Shown in pieces: positions 31,887 through 42,113 of a stretch of DNA of 64,000 bases; the first letter of the stretch is position 1, and each line of letters starts with the position of its first letter. A program made the translations under genes and the position numbers. The notes under the pieces were generated by a model that did no database searches, was not told where the DNA came from, and saw only the letters and a list, made by a program, of their open reading frames with translations. The DNA lies in NCBI GenBank assembly GCA_000999025.1, contig LCFM01000001.1, forward strand, positions 1,198-65,197. The letters are read 5' to 3'. The stretch comes from Parcubacteria group bacterium GW2011_GWA2_43_13. Its GTDB lineage: Bacteria; Patescibacteriota; Patescibacteriia; UBA9629; GWA2-43-13.

Positions 31887-33146
31887 CTATTTTGAACTCA
31901 TCTCCCACACCCCATTCCATCCGCTTGCAGGCGGCTGTTTTTTATACTGCTCACATCGTTCCATAAACATATCTGCCAACTGTTCGCTTTTGTATGATTT
32001 TACGCGATCCCATGCCTCAAGAGCTTCATCCCATCTCTGCGCAGTATAGAGCGATAACGCTACCTCTGTCGCTTGAATCAAAGGTTCATACTCGACTTTG
32101 CGCTCATTGACATCCAACACTTCATATATCTCAACTGGTTCTTTTTTCCCTTTTACTGCGACCATATCCAATTTTCGCGTTACAAAAAAATCTTTTACCC
32201 CAAGATACGTTCCCTGGCTTATGATAATCATTGCGCCGTAATATTTTGTCAGCCCTTCAAGCCGAGATGCAAGATTCACGGCATCGCCCATAACTGTATA
32301 ATTAAACCGCGTATTTGATCCCATATTACCAACGACCATGCGCCCTGTGTTGATTCCTATCCCTATTTTTATATCCGGCCATCCGTGTGTATGACATGTC
32401 TGATTCACAAAACCAAGGGCTTGCTTCATATCCAATGCCGCCTGCACCGCATGCCACGCATGATCACTATCATCAAGAGGAGCTCCCCAAAACGCCATCA
32501 CCGCATCTCCGATATATTTATCCACTACGCCTTTGTGGCGCAGGACAATATCTGTCATTGGCGTTAAATATTCATTCAATACAGCAACCAGCTGTTGAGG
32601 AGTCAATTGTTCAGAAAAAGATGAAAACGAACGAATATCGGAAAAAAATACTGTCATTTCGCGCTCTTCGCCTCCAAGTTTCAATTGCTCAGGATGCTCT
32701 GAAAGCTCTTTCACATACTGCGGAGCAAGGTAGAGTTCAAAACTCTTTTTAATATAATTTTTCTCTTTATCCAGCAATAAAACATTATACGCAATATTTA
32801 TACCGTATACGACCATGCCAAATAGAAACGGCATGGCAATATCTAATCCTCCGATTCCCTTTGCTATTCCCATATACACCGCCAGCATGCCGAACGGCAC
32901 TGGCAAGGAATATTTCGGAGGAACATTGTTGATGAATAGTACCAACATAACGCCTTCAAACAACAAATTGCGCATGAGCAATATCATGCTTTCTACTATA
33001 TAAGGTGTGCCGTAAAACCATGAACCAATTCCTACGCGGAATGATTCCGCCATTCCGGCAAACGCGCCGAACGCAATCCAAATACACCCTGCCGCAATAA
33101 GATTGCGCTGAATTTTTTTATTCCAATACTGGAATGTCACGCGCAT
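31887..33146 (-). CDS. Membrane-anchored class III adenylate/guanylate cyclase
   Basis: Catalytic domain MTVFFSDIRSFSSFSE...DKYIGDAVMAFWGAP; N-terminal TM region. Confidence 0.75.
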   Translation of the reverse strand: MRVTFQYWNKKIQRNLIAAGCIWIAFGAFAGMAESFRVGIGSWFYGTPYIVESMILLMRNLLFEGVMLVLFINNVPPKYSLPVPFGMLAVYMGIAKGIGGLDIAMPFLFGMVVYGINIAYNVLLLDKEKNYIKKSFELYLAPQYVKELSEHPEQLKLGGEEREMTVFFSDIRSFSSFSEQLTPQQLVAVLNEYLTPMTDIVLRHKGVVDKYIGDAVMAFWGAPLDDSDHAWHAVQAALDMKQALGFVNQTCHTHGWPDIKIGIGINTGRMVVGNMGSNTRFNYTVMGDAVNLASRLEGLTKYYGAMIIISQGTYLGVKDFFVTRKLDMVAVKGKKEPVEIYEVLDVNERKVEYEPLIQATEVALSLYTAQRWDEALEAWDRVKSYKSEQLADMFMERCEQYKKQPPASGWNGVWEMSSK

Positions 33147-33156
33147 ACATTACATT

Positions 33157-34278
33157 CTAATCATCTGTCTGCGGTTTATCCAACATGAGAGCTTCTATCT
33201 CACCGCCTGTTTCTTTATCTGTAATCTTCATAACATCCTTATCTATTTTTTGAAGTTCTTTATACGCCGTATTGTAGGCATTAACGGTTGTGCCAAGATT
33301 CCCTCCCAATTTTTTCATATACTCGTCATACGCTGTCATGTGCCGACCTAACTGCCCGATTCTTCCAATAATATCTTTTATTGACTCTTGTACTTTCATG
33401 GCGCGCAACCCATGCAACACTGTTTGCAAATACGCGAAAAAAGAGGTAGGAGAAACAATTAAAACATTTTTCCGAAACGCATATTCCATCAAACTCTGCG
33501 CGTTCACATCTAATGTCCCGGTTTTAAACACTAATAAATCATAATAAATACCTTCAGCAGGCAAAAACATAAACGAAAAATCAAGAGTGCGCTTTTGCGG
33601 CTGGATATATTTTGCTGTTTCGTCTATGCGCATTTTCACGTCCGCTTTAAACGATTTTTCAAGTTCCGCGCGTCGAGCAGGATCATTTTCTTCTTGGATC
33701 ATATTGTATTTTTCCAAAGAAAACTTTGCATCAATCGGAATAATTTTATCCTGCACAAAAATTGCGGCATCCACAATCAATTCCTGATTTGTTTTATCAT
33801 CTATGCCCAACGAATACTGCATTTGATACTGCCCGGGTTGAAGACAATTGGAAAGAAGGGCTTCAAGCCAGTACTCGCTTAACACACCGCGGCGTTTGGG
33901 ATTTTTTAAAATATTCTCCAATGACTGCATTTGCTCGGCAAACCCTTTCACCTGTTTGTTTGTCTCGTCGAGTTGGGTTAATTTTTGCGTTACTTCGGTA
34001 ATAATTTTTGTTGTCTGGCCAAAATGCTGTTGCAATGTTTGCGTTGATTGATTTTGATGCGCCATGATTTGATTTGTTATTTTATCCAACTGGGATACCA
34101 TCTCCTGCCTGCTCTTGCCACCTGATTCTTGAAATTCTTTGCGCAGATTATCAACCATATCTAACATCAACCTCTGCCAACTATCATCAGCCGGTTTTTG
34201 AAGTTTGCTAAATTTGGTGATCAAAAATATTACCGCACCAAGTACTATGAGTAATAAAACAATAAAAATAATTTCCAT
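33157..34278 (-). CDS. rmuC: DNA recombination protein RmuC
   Basis: N-terminal TM, long coiled coil, then C-terminal RmuC-like region (FMFLPAEGIYYDL). Confidence 0.75.
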   Translation of the reverse strand: MEIIFIVLLLIVLGAVIFLITKFSKLQKPADDSWQRLMLDMVDNLRKEFQESGGKSRQEMVSQLDKITNQIMAHQNQSTQTLQQHFGQTTKIITEVTQKLTQLDETNKQVKGFAEQMQSLENILKNPKRRGVLSEYWLEALLSNCLQPGQYQMQYSLGIDDKTNQELIVDAAIFVQDKIIPIDAKFSLEKYNMIQEENDPARRAELEKSFKADVKMRIDETAKYIQPQKRTLDFSFMFLPAEGIYYDLLVFKTGTLDVNAQSLMEYAFRKNVLIVSPTSFFAYLQTVLHGLRAMKVQESIKDIIGRIGQLGRHMTAYDEYMKKLGGNLGTTVNAYNTAYKELQKIDKDVMKITDKETGGEIEALMLDKPQTDD

Positions 34279-34292
34279 ATAGAAAGAATCCT

Positions 34293-34314
34293 GTAGAGAC
34301 GGGGTCGTCTCTAC
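34293..34314. repeat. Family A repeat, truncated-loop copy
   Basis: GTAGAGACGGGGTCGTCTCTAC. Confidence 0.7.
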
Positions 34315-35093
34315 AATCCAAAAAATTCAATCGCATTCTGTGTCGTCTGTTCAAGCACCTCATCATACTCCTTGCCATGAATCTCGGCAACTTTAAGGGC
34401 AACCTCCTCAACATACAGCGGTTCATTCTGTTTTCCGCGATAACGAGCAGGGGCAAGATACGGAGAATCCGTCTCTACCATAAGCCGATCAAGAGATACT
34501 GCTTTTACTGTTGCCTCCAGCTCTTTGGCAAATGTAATCACACCGGTAAACGAAATCATGCATCCAGTAGATAAAATCTGTTGTGCTTGTTTAGCAGTAC
34601 CAGTAAAACAGTGGAATACGGCGCGTACAGCCATCCCCCCTCTCAATACCCCCAAAACATCCTCAATCGCTGTTGGTAATGTTTCTGCAGTGCCACGTGA
34701 ATGAATAATCAACGGTTTATCCAATGCGCGCGCAACGTGCACATGCCCTGTTAAAAATTCTTTTTGCAATTCATGCGACGCAATCTCTTCTGGCCGGTAA
34801 AGATCAATACCTGTTTCCCCTATCCCCACCACCTTATTGTCCTGTGCCAAGGAGGTCAACCAATCGCCATCAAACGGCTCATCACCCACATGACTTGGAT
34901 GCTGTCCCACTGCCACGTATACTGGATCATTGGTATACTCATGCGCAATCATCACTGCTCGCTCGCTGGTATCTTTCGCCGCTCCGATAATAATCAAGCC
35001 CATGTCTTTGGCAAGGGCTCGCTCAATCGTTTCGCGATAGGTATCTCGAAACACCTTAAAATTAAGATGACAGTGCGTGTCAATTATCCTCAT
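34311..35093 (-). CDS. tatD: TatD-family metal-dependent DNase/hydrolase
   Basis: MRIIDTHCHLNF.. start and the motif pattern (HSRG; ETDSPYLAP). Confidence 0.85.
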   Translation of the reverse strand: MRIIDTHCHLNFKVFRDTYRETIERALAKDMGLIIIGAAKDTSERAVMIAHEYTNDPVYVAVGQHPSHVGDEPFDGDWLTSLAQDNKVVGIGETGIDLYRPEEIASHELQKEFLTGHVHVARALDKPLIIHSRGTAETLPTAIEDVLGVLRGGMAVRAVFHCFTGTAKQAQQILSTGCMISFTGVITFAKELEATVKAVSLDRLMVETDSPYLAPARYRGKQNEPLYVEEVALKVAEIHGKEYDEVLEQTTQNAIEFFGL

Positions 35094-35620
35094 AATAAAG
35101 AGACGGCATTCAAAGCATCTCGAATTGATGGCGGTAAAATGGGAAGCAGTATTCCGGTCAAAGCGAATATAAGTTTCATAATCAAACTTCTTTCAATTTG
35201 GCCTAATAAAAACGGATTGGTCACCATGCGGATCACAACTGGAAATCCCATCCCAATACCCAAAATGTAAGCCGCAATGGCGAACACCGCACCCAATAGC
35301 TTATTGATAAATTTTGTCAAAGGAATGATTTGTATCATTCTCCAAAACCTATCAAGCAAGAGAATAAACAAAGCAACCAAGCGATTCGCCAACACGAAAA
35401 TAAAAGCAAAGGCAAGCACTGTTTTAAATGTTCCGCCACCGATAAACGCGGCGGCAGGCTCATATAACCAAGTGGCAACCAAAAAACCTATGGCAACAGC
35501 AAAAAAAACGCCTATGCTTTTAATAAGACCTTTCCCCCATCCATACGCCCAAACAAAGAGAGCGCCGACAACAAGAATTGCGTCAAAATACGACATACGA
35601 AAATACATTACAAAAAACAA
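35090..35620 (-). CDS. cvpA: CvpA-family membrane protein
   Basis: About 170 aa, four TM helices. Start could also be the internal MSYFDAIL. Confidence 0.6.
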   Translation of the reverse strand: MFFVMYFRMSYFDAILVVGALFVWAYGWGKGLIKSIGVFFAVAIGFLVATWLYEPAAAFIGGGTFKTVLAFAFIFVLANRLVALFILLLDRFWRMIQIIPLTKFINKLLGAVFAIAAYILGIGMGFPVVIRMVTNPFLLGQIERSLIMKLIFALTGILLPILPPSIRDALNAVSLL

Positions 35621-35664
35621 ATAACAGGAGACAAAAACGATTATTACATACTACCAACAAACTA

Positions 35665-37107
35665 TCATGCCTTTCGTGGAAAAAGCGCATCCCCTTTTGT
35701 AATATCGCGAGAAGAAAAACGAACCAATATCTCTTGACACACATGTGGCATAACCGGTTCAAGCGCAGATGCTATTGTTACAATGCTATTGCTCGCATCT
35801 TGTAAAATCTGCTTCACTTCAGTTCGATCACTCTCGATAGTTGGATCTTTTTTCCATGGCTCGGAAGTTGCAAGCGCAAGATCGCTCTCACGCGCTTTTT
35901 TCATAATCTCGGCAATGGATTCGGTAATTTGAAATCCCTTCATGTGCTCTCGAATAGATACCATAAACCCTTCATCAACACACGGTGTAATATCTGCTTG
36001 TAAATGAAAATTTTCAATTAACGTACTCACTCGCTGAACAAGGTTACCAATCCCGTTCGCAAGATCTGCGTTGTAATTTTCTTTAAATCGTGAAAATGCG
36101 ATATCGCCATCCTGTCCAAATGGAAATTGCGTCAGTAATAAATACCGCGCGCTGTCTGCTCCATATTCAGAAACCAAATCATTCGGACTAATAACATTAC
36201 CTATTGTCTTTGACATTTTTTGTCCGTCAACAGTAAAAAAACCATGAATAGTAACTCCTCGCGGAGGCATAAGATCAATTGCCATTAACAGCGCTGGCCA
36301 ATATATCGCATGGAATTTTAAAATATCTTTTCCACACACATGAACATCAGCTGGCCATTTCGGAAGATTTTCTTGCGATTGATTATTCCCCCACCCAGTT
36401 GCGGAAAGATAATTAATCAACGCATCCACCCATACATAAATAGTTTGCGTCTCATCCCATGGGAGCGGTATCCCCCAGTCAACACCAGCTCTGGTGACTG
36501 AAAAATCCTGCAAATCCTGTTTCAACAACGCCAGCACTTCATTGCGAAAATGGTCAGGCGCAACAATAATACGATTTTCTTGAATCGCCCGCTCTACCTG
36601 GGGAAGATATGCGGTCAGCCGAAAAAACCAGTTATTCTCTTTCAAAAGTTCCGGCTCTTTATTATGATGCGGACATTTCCCATCAATCAAATCTTTTTCT
36701 TGAATAAAACTTTCACATCCTGTGCAATACAGGCCTTCATATTCCCCTTCATAGATAGCGTCTTTTGCTTTTAATTCTTTTAAAAATGCCTGCACGGTTT
36801 CAATATGATAGCTTTCCGTGGTTCGAATGAACCGATTGTGGGAAATACAAAGACCTGCCCAAGCAGATTGAAACAGTTCTGCTATTTCATCACAAAACTC
36901 CTGCGGTTGTTTGCCTACTTTTTCCGCTGACTGGGCTACTTTCGCCCCGTGCTCATCAGTGCCAGTTAAAAAATACGCGGACTCGCCGCAAGCCCGATGA
37001 GCCCGCGCCACAACATCAGCAACAAGTGTAGCATACGCATGCCCGATATGGGGCTTGTCATTGACATAATAGATCGGCGTTGTAATAAAAAATTCATTCT
37101 CTTTCAT
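35665..37107 (-). CDS. metG: Methionyl-tRNA synthetase (short form)
   Basis: HIGH-type PHIGHAYATLVADV, KMSKTIGN, and a zinc knuckle CTGCESF...CPHH. Confidence 0.9.
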   Translation of the reverse strand: MKENEFFITTPIYYVNDKPHIGHAYATLVADVVARAHRACGESAYFLTGTDEHGAKVAQSAEKVGKQPQEFCDEIAELFQSAWAGLCISHNRFIRTTESYHIETVQAFLKELKAKDAIYEGEYEGLYCTGCESFIQEKDLIDGKCPHHNKEPELLKENNWFFRLTAYLPQVERAIQENRIIVAPDHFRNEVLALLKQDLQDFSVTRAGVDWGIPLPWDETQTIYVWVDALINYLSATGWGNNQSQENLPKWPADVHVCGKDILKFHAIYWPALLMAIDLMPPRGVTIHGFFTVDGQKMSKTIGNVISPNDLVSEYGADSARYLLLTQFPFGQDGDIAFSRFKENYNADLANGIGNLVQRVSTLIENFHLQADITPCVDEGFMVSIREHMKGFQITESIAEIMKKARESDLALATSEPWKKDPTIESDRTEVKQILQDASNSIVTIASALEPVMPHVCQEILVRFSSRDITKGDALFPRKA

Positions 37108-37155
37108 ACTGGTTAGAATATCAAAAAAGAGAGCTCATGTACAGCTCAACGATGC

Positions 37156-37222
37156 GAAGACGCCCCATCGGGGCGTCTCTACAATATAGTGCAGTGGAGA
37201 CGGGGCGTTGCCCCGTCTCCAC
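37156..37222. repeat. Two family A variant units; the second supplies the rsmI C-terminus
   Basis: GAAGACGCCCCATCGGGGCGTCTCTAC and GTGGAGACGGGGCGTTGCCCCGTCTCCAC. Confidence 0.75.
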
Positions 37223-37886
37223 TATATGAAAACAGGGCAAGAATGACGACAAACTCACCTTTTTCTACAATATTTGGCACAATTTCTTCAATCGTGCCGC
37301 GATACACGGTTTCAAACATTTTTGTCAACTCCCTGCATACAATAACATGACGATCACCAATCAACGGCTTAAGTTCGTTCAACGTTTTTTTGATTCTATG
37401 GCAGGATTCATAAAAGACGGCTGGATAAGATGATTCGGCAATGTTAGCAAGAAAGGTTTTGCGCCCTTTTTTATGAGGGATAAAACCCCAAAATACAAAT
37501 CGATCTGTACCAATACCGGCAACTGAAAGAGCGGCAGAAAGAGCGCTTGGTCCGGGAACGGAAACAACCTCAATCCCAGCCATAATTGCATGATGAACAA
37601 AGATATTCCCAGGATCAGAAATACCTGGTGTCCCGGCGTCAGTAACCAATGCCGCATGCTCACCATTTTTCAAACGCTCTATAATCATTTCAATCTTTTG
37701 AGATGAACTGTGATGATGACAACTTACACACTCTTTTTTTATATCATACATTCCCAAAAGTTTATGCGTAACCCGCGTATCCTCGCATAATATAAAATCA
37801 ACCTCGCGCAATATTCGCAAGGCCCTCAATGTAATATCTTCTCTGTTTCCAATGGGAGTGGCTACACTATACAGCATACTATGCAT
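37179..37886 (-). CDS. rsmI: 16S rRNA (cytidine1402-2'-O)-methyltransferase
   Basis: MHSMLYSVATPIGNREDITLRALRILREVDFILCEDTR is the RsmI hallmark. The last ~13 codons (SGDGATPRLHCTIL) are read from a family A repeat. Confidence 0.8.
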   Translation of the reverse strand: MHSMLYSVATPIGNREDITLRALRILREVDFILCEDTRVTHKLLGMYDIKKECVSCHHHSSSQKIEMIIERLKNGEHAALVTDAGTPGISDPGNIFVHHAIMAGIEVVSVPGPSALSAALSVAGIGTDRFVFWGFIPHKKGRKTFLANIAESSYPAVFYESCHRIKKTLNELKPLIGDRHVIVCRELTKMFETVYRGTIEEIVPNIVEKGEFVVILALFSYSGDGATPRLHCTIL

Positions 37887-38967
37887 CTTCTTCTTTATCT
37901 TCCTTTTCAAACACATCTCTTAAAAACACTGACGCGGCAGTTACCAACGGGATCGCAATAATAGCGCCGGCAATACCTGCAATTTTCCCGCCAACCAATA
38001 CAGCAACAATACTGACAATCGGATTCAATCCGACTGCTTTCTGCATGATCTTTGGCACAATAACATGATTTTCAAAAAACTGAATAATGTAATATAACCC
38101 TCCAACTAATATCACCTTCACAATGTCACCCTGCGCAAGCACAAAAAACATTGCAACCAAGGCGGAAAAAATCGGCCCTAAAAATGGAACTATCTCAAAA
38201 ATCCCGGCAATCAAAGCAAGCAGTAAACTATACGGCACACCTAAAATAGTAAGCCCAAGCCAGGTGAAAGCAAAAATAATAAAAGATAAAATAATCTGAC
38301 CCCGTAACCATAACCCCATTTTCGTCTGAATCCGAGAAAGTAGTTGTGTTAAATAGGGTTGAATTTTATCAGGAGTAACCGCGCGTAAGGCACGTTTCAT
38401 GCCGCGATCTTCCACAACCAAATAAAATGTCAGCACCAATACCAAAACAAACATCGCAACCGAGCCGATCACACCGCTTGCCGCGGAAAAAAGATTGCTC
38501 GGGTTTGTCCATTTATTGATTTGGTCAGACACACCCTGCAATGACTGATGAAGCGTATCAGATGATTGCGTATTCTGCGGAGTTGACAGTTGAAAATTCC
38601 CAATGACAGTTTGAACGCTTTCGTAATATTTAGGAAAATAGGTAGTTACCTGATTCACCTGCTCGCGCAAGGCAGGGATCAGTTGAACAAAAATCAATAT
38701 AATGATTGAAAAAAACGCAATATACATGACAAGCATTCCCAACCATCGAGGCATTTTCCGCCGCTCAAACCAGTCAACCCATGGATCAATGGCTGAAGCA
38801 AAAATCAGCGCCAAAAAAAGAACCAATACAATATCTCTCACAATATACAAAAAAACCAATGCCAAAAGCACGATCACTATTTTAACAATCGTGAGAGATG
38901 AAATCGTAACAGTATAATGTTTTTCAGGCATACCCTGTTTTATGCCAAATATGGTATTCGGCAACAA
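37879..38967 (-). CDS. AI-2E/PerM-family transporter
   Basis: Eight TM helices and a C-terminal acidic tail typical of UPF0118. Confidence 0.75.
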   Translation of the reverse strand: MLPNTIFGIKQGMPEKHYTVTISSLTIVKIVIVLLALVFLYIVRDIVLVLFLALIFASAIDPWVDWFERRKMPRWLGMLVMYIAFFSIIILIFVQLIPALREQVNQVTTYFPKYYESVQTVIGNFQLSTPQNTQSSDTLHQSLQGVSDQINKWTNPSNLFSAASGVIGSVAMFVLVLVLTFYLVVEDRGMKRALRAVTPDKIQPYLTQLLSRIQTKMGLWLRGQIILSFIIFAFTWLGLTILGVPYSLLLALIAGIFEIVPFLGPIFSALVAMFFVLAQGDIVKVILVGGLYYIIQFFENHVIVPKIMQKAVGLNPIVSIVAVLVGGKIAGIAGAIIAIPLVTAASVFLRDVFEKEDKEEDA

Positions 38968-39020
38968 CCCCTAATAGTATATCGCAGATAAGATTGAGCC
39001 ACAATACTTTGTAAAAACGC

Positions 39021-39048
39021 GTAGAAACGGGGTTAACCCCGTCTCTAC
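39021..39048. repeat. Family A repeat
   Basis: GTAGAAACGGGGTTAACCCCGTCTCTAC. Confidence 0.85.
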
Positions 39049-40319
39049 AACTGCAACAGCGGATGAAACTGCTGTGTGTCTTCAAACGGACCGATAATGG
39101 CAAGAGCGAGTTTATTCTTTTTCAACAATTGCATGCTGACTCGCTGAATATCAGCACGGGTTACTCTATCAATTTCTGCAAGAACTTCTTCCGGGGTCTT
39201 GATTTCATTGACTAATAATTTTCGCGTTCCAAAAAACTGGGCAATGCTTAACGAATCCTCAACCTGTAACATAGTACTGCCGCGCACGCCTTCTTTTGCT
39301 TCTTTTAATTCTTTAAGCGTTACCCCCTTGGTTTTCAAGCGGTTTAATTCTTTCAAAATCAAGCGTATCGCCTCATGGATTCTGCTTTTATCCAATCCAG
39401 CCCGAACATACCATGATCCGGCATCTGCGTACGAGTCAGCAGAAGATCGAATATAATAACACAACCCTTGCCGTTCGCGGATATTAATGAATAGCCGTGA
39501 ACTCATTGATCCCCCTAAAATACGATTCGCAACAGCAAGCGCAAACCGATCTTTATGCGTATAGGATATGCCCGGCACGCCCATCACCAAGTGCACCTGT
39601 TCTGTGTCTTTGAATTTCACTGCGACCTGCGGTTTAGCAAGAGTGTTGATATATGAAGATCGCTTTAGTCGGCGTCCATTCGCCTGTTTTTTGTTAAACA
39701 TTTTTTCAATATCTTTTTTTAAGTGTTCTTTTTCAGGAACCCTTCCAGAAACAACCAACAATACATGGTGCGACGCGTACCAACTTTTTCGATACGCAAG
39801 AATGGTGTTGCGCGTCATTCCTGCAATACTTCTTTTTGTACCGATGACAGACCGACCCAAACAGGTGGCATCGTCAAAAAGCGTTTGTTCGAACAAATCC
39901 TCGGAAGACATCATTGGGTTGTCTTCATACATGTTGATTTCTTCCAAAATCACTCCTCGCTCCCGCTCGATTTCTTCTGCCGCAAACAGCGGGTTGTATA
40001 GCATATCGGAAAGCACATCAAACGCAAGGCATAATTTTTCATGCTGAATTTTGATGTAATAGGCAGTATGATCTTTGCTCGTATACGCGTTAAACTCCGC
40101 GCCAACAGCGTCCAATGTACGGGAGAGTATTTCCGTATTAGGATATTTTTTTGTGCCCTTAAATAACAGATGTTCAATAAAATGAGACACTCCTGTGTTT
40201 TTTGCGTTTTCTTCCCGCGAGCCGACGTTTACCATCATCATGACACTTGCGGCCTGCGTTTCATGCTGGGGAATCACCAGCACTTCTATTCCGTTTGATA
40301 ATTTTTCTAAATAGTACAT
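39045..40319 (-). CDS. M16-family zinc peptidase
   Basis: Inverted zinc motif HFIEHLLFKGT....E (HxxEH). Confidence 0.8.
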   Translation of the reverse strand: MYYLEKLSNGIEVLVIPQHETQAASVMMMVNVGSREENAKNTGVSHFIEHLLFKGTKKYPNTEILSRTLDAVGAEFNAYTSKDHTAYYIKIQHEKLCLAFDVLSDMLYNPLFAAEEIERERGVILEEINMYEDNPMMSSEDLFEQTLFDDATCLGRSVIGTKRSIAGMTRNTILAYRKSWYASHHVLLVVSGRVPEKEHLKKDIEKMFNKKQANGRRLKRSSYINTLAKPQVAVKFKDTEQVHLVMGVPGISYTHKDRFALAVANRILGGSMSSRLFINIRERQGLCYYIRSSADSYADAGSWYVRAGLDKSRIHEAIRLILKELNRLKTKGVTLKELKEAKEGVRGSTMLQVEDSLSIAQFFGTRKLLVNEIKTPEEVLAEIDRVTRADIQRVSMQLLKKNKLALAIIGPFEDTQQFHPLLQL

Positions 40320-40332
40320 ATTCGATGCAATT

Positions 40333-40360
40333 GTAGAGACGGGGTTAACCCCGTCTCTAC
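40333..40360. repeat. Family A repeat
   Basis: GTAGAGACGGGGTTAACCCCGTCTCTAC. Confidence 0.85.
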
Positions 40361-40390
40361 GACTTACAATGCGTCATACTCCATTGTGTA

Positions 40391-41743
40391 TCAACTACTA
40401 AAATTTTGAAGCTTCTCTTGTATATATAATTTCAATTCATCAATTGCAACTCTCTCCTGCTCCATGGTATCGCGATGGCGGACAGTTACTTTGTTGTCTT
40501 CTACGCTTTCAAAATCAACAGTAATACACAACGGCGTGCCGATTTCATCCTGCCTGCGATACCGCCGTCCGATAGAACCGGATTCATCGTACTGTATAAC
40601 CCACTGCTTGCGCAATGTCGCGCAGATATCATGCGCAATCTGCGTTAATGGCTCTTTTTTTGAAAGCGGAAAAATTGCCGCTTTTACCGGCGCGATACTC
40701 GGATGAAACTTCAAGACCACTTCTGCGTCTTTATTCGCTGAAGTTGTCATGCTTCTGCCTCCTTCAATCACTGTATATGCGTTCAAGAGCGCGGCAAGCA
40801 TCAAACGAGATACGCCAACTGATGGCTCTATCACAAACGGAATATATTTTTCTCCTGTTGCGGGATCAAGATATTCCAATTTCTGACCAGAATATGTACT
40901 ATGCTGGGTTAAATCATATGCTTGCCGATTAGCAATACCCCATAATTCCTTAACGCCAAACGGGTATTCGAATTCTATATCAGTGGTTGCCTTGGAATAA
41001 AAGCACAGCTCTGCTTTTTCATGATCGCGAAAATGGAGATGTTCTTTTTTCAATCCAATATCATTAATGAGAAAATCCATACAAAATGTCCGCCAATAGG
41101 CAAACCATTCGTCATCAGTCCCGGGCTTTACAAAAAACTCCAATTCCATTTGTTCAAACTCGCGCACACGAAAAATAAAATTGCGAAATGTAATTTCATT
41201 ACGAAACGCCTTGCCGATTTGCGCAATGCCAAACGGAACTTTTGCACGCATCGCCTTTTGTACATTATCAAAGTTAACAAAAATACCTTGCGCTGTTTCC
41301 GGCCGCAAATACACACTATCCGAATCCTCTTGCGTAACTCCCACATGCGTTTGTAACATACCGTTAAACTGCCTTGGTTCTGTCAATTCACCGTTACATT
41401 CAGGACATTGAGTAACGCCCTCTTCTTGTAAATGATCCGCGCGAAATCGTTTATGGCAACTCTTGCATTCGGTCAATGGCTCTACAAACGATTTCACATG
41501 GCCGGATGCCTCCCAAATTTTTGATGCCATTAAAATCTGTGAGTCCAATCCATACACATCATCACGCTCCTGCACGATTTTTTGCCACCACTGTTTTTTT
41601 ATGTTATTGGCAAGTTCAATCCCCAACGGTCCTAAATCATATACCCCTGCCATACCGCCATATAGTTCTGATGACTGAAAAATAAACCCCCGCTGTTTTG
41701 CAAGCGAAACAATAGTTTCCATACGATCTTGTTCTTGTGGCAT
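40391..41743 (-). CDS. glyQS: Glycyl-tRNA synthetase (alpha2 type)
   Basis: GFIFQSSELYGGMAGVYDLGPLG...; class II motifs and Cys cluster typical of GlyRS. Confidence 0.9.
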   Translation of the reverse strand: MPQEQDRMETIVSLAKQRGFIFQSSELYGGMAGVYDLGPLGIELANNIKKQWWQKIVQERDDVYGLDSQILMASKIWEASGHVKSFVEPLTECKSCHKRFRADHLQEEGVTQCPECNGELTEPRQFNGMLQTHVGVTQEDSDSVYLRPETAQGIFVNFDNVQKAMRAKVPFGIAQIGKAFRNEITFRNFIFRVREFEQMELEFFVKPGTDDEWFAYWRTFCMDFLINDIGLKKEHLHFRDHEKAELCFYSKATTDIEFEYPFGVKELWGIANRQAYDLTQHSTYSGQKLEYLDPATGEKYIPFVIEPSVGVSRLMLAALLNAYTVIEGGRSMTTSANKDAEVVLKFHPSIAPVKAAIFPLSKKEPLTQIAHDICATLRKQWVIQYDESGSIGRRYRRQDEIGTPLCITVDFESVEDNKVTVRHRDTMEQERVAIDELKLYIQEKLQNFSS

Positions 41744-41847
41744 ATGCGTAGTGCCTAAAAATAACCTAAAACATTCTTACTATACCCAGTTAAGAACAAA
41801 AAAACAAGAGAGTCGCACTATACCGCGTACCCTCTTGTATATCGAGT

Positions 41848-42057
41848 TCACTGTGCATTGAACCCGAATAGAACATATCTGCCACATTGGTTGCATCGAA
41901 ACCCTACCACCTTCCCTTTTTTGATTTCCAATTGCAGGGTATTACTTTTCCCGCAATGCTGACACTCGTTTGTGCCCGATGAATAACTGCTATTGGCTCT
42001 TTTCCCTTCGCGAGGCGGAAACAACACCCCCCATAACCATGCTATTTGCTGTCTCAT
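41848..42057 (-). CDS. Small zinc-ribbon protein (CxxC...CxxC), hypothetical
   Basis: ECQHCGKS...CNQCGRY. Start uncertain (MRQQIAW..). Confidence 0.3.
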   Translation of the reverse strand: MRQQIAWLWGVLFPPREGKRANSSYSSGTNECQHCGKSNTLQLEIKKGKVVGFRCNQCGRYVLFGFNAQ

Positions 42058-42113
42058 AGCAACTCCTTCCTCTAAATCAACTGTACCACGACTGATAAAA
42101 AAGAAAAGCGTTC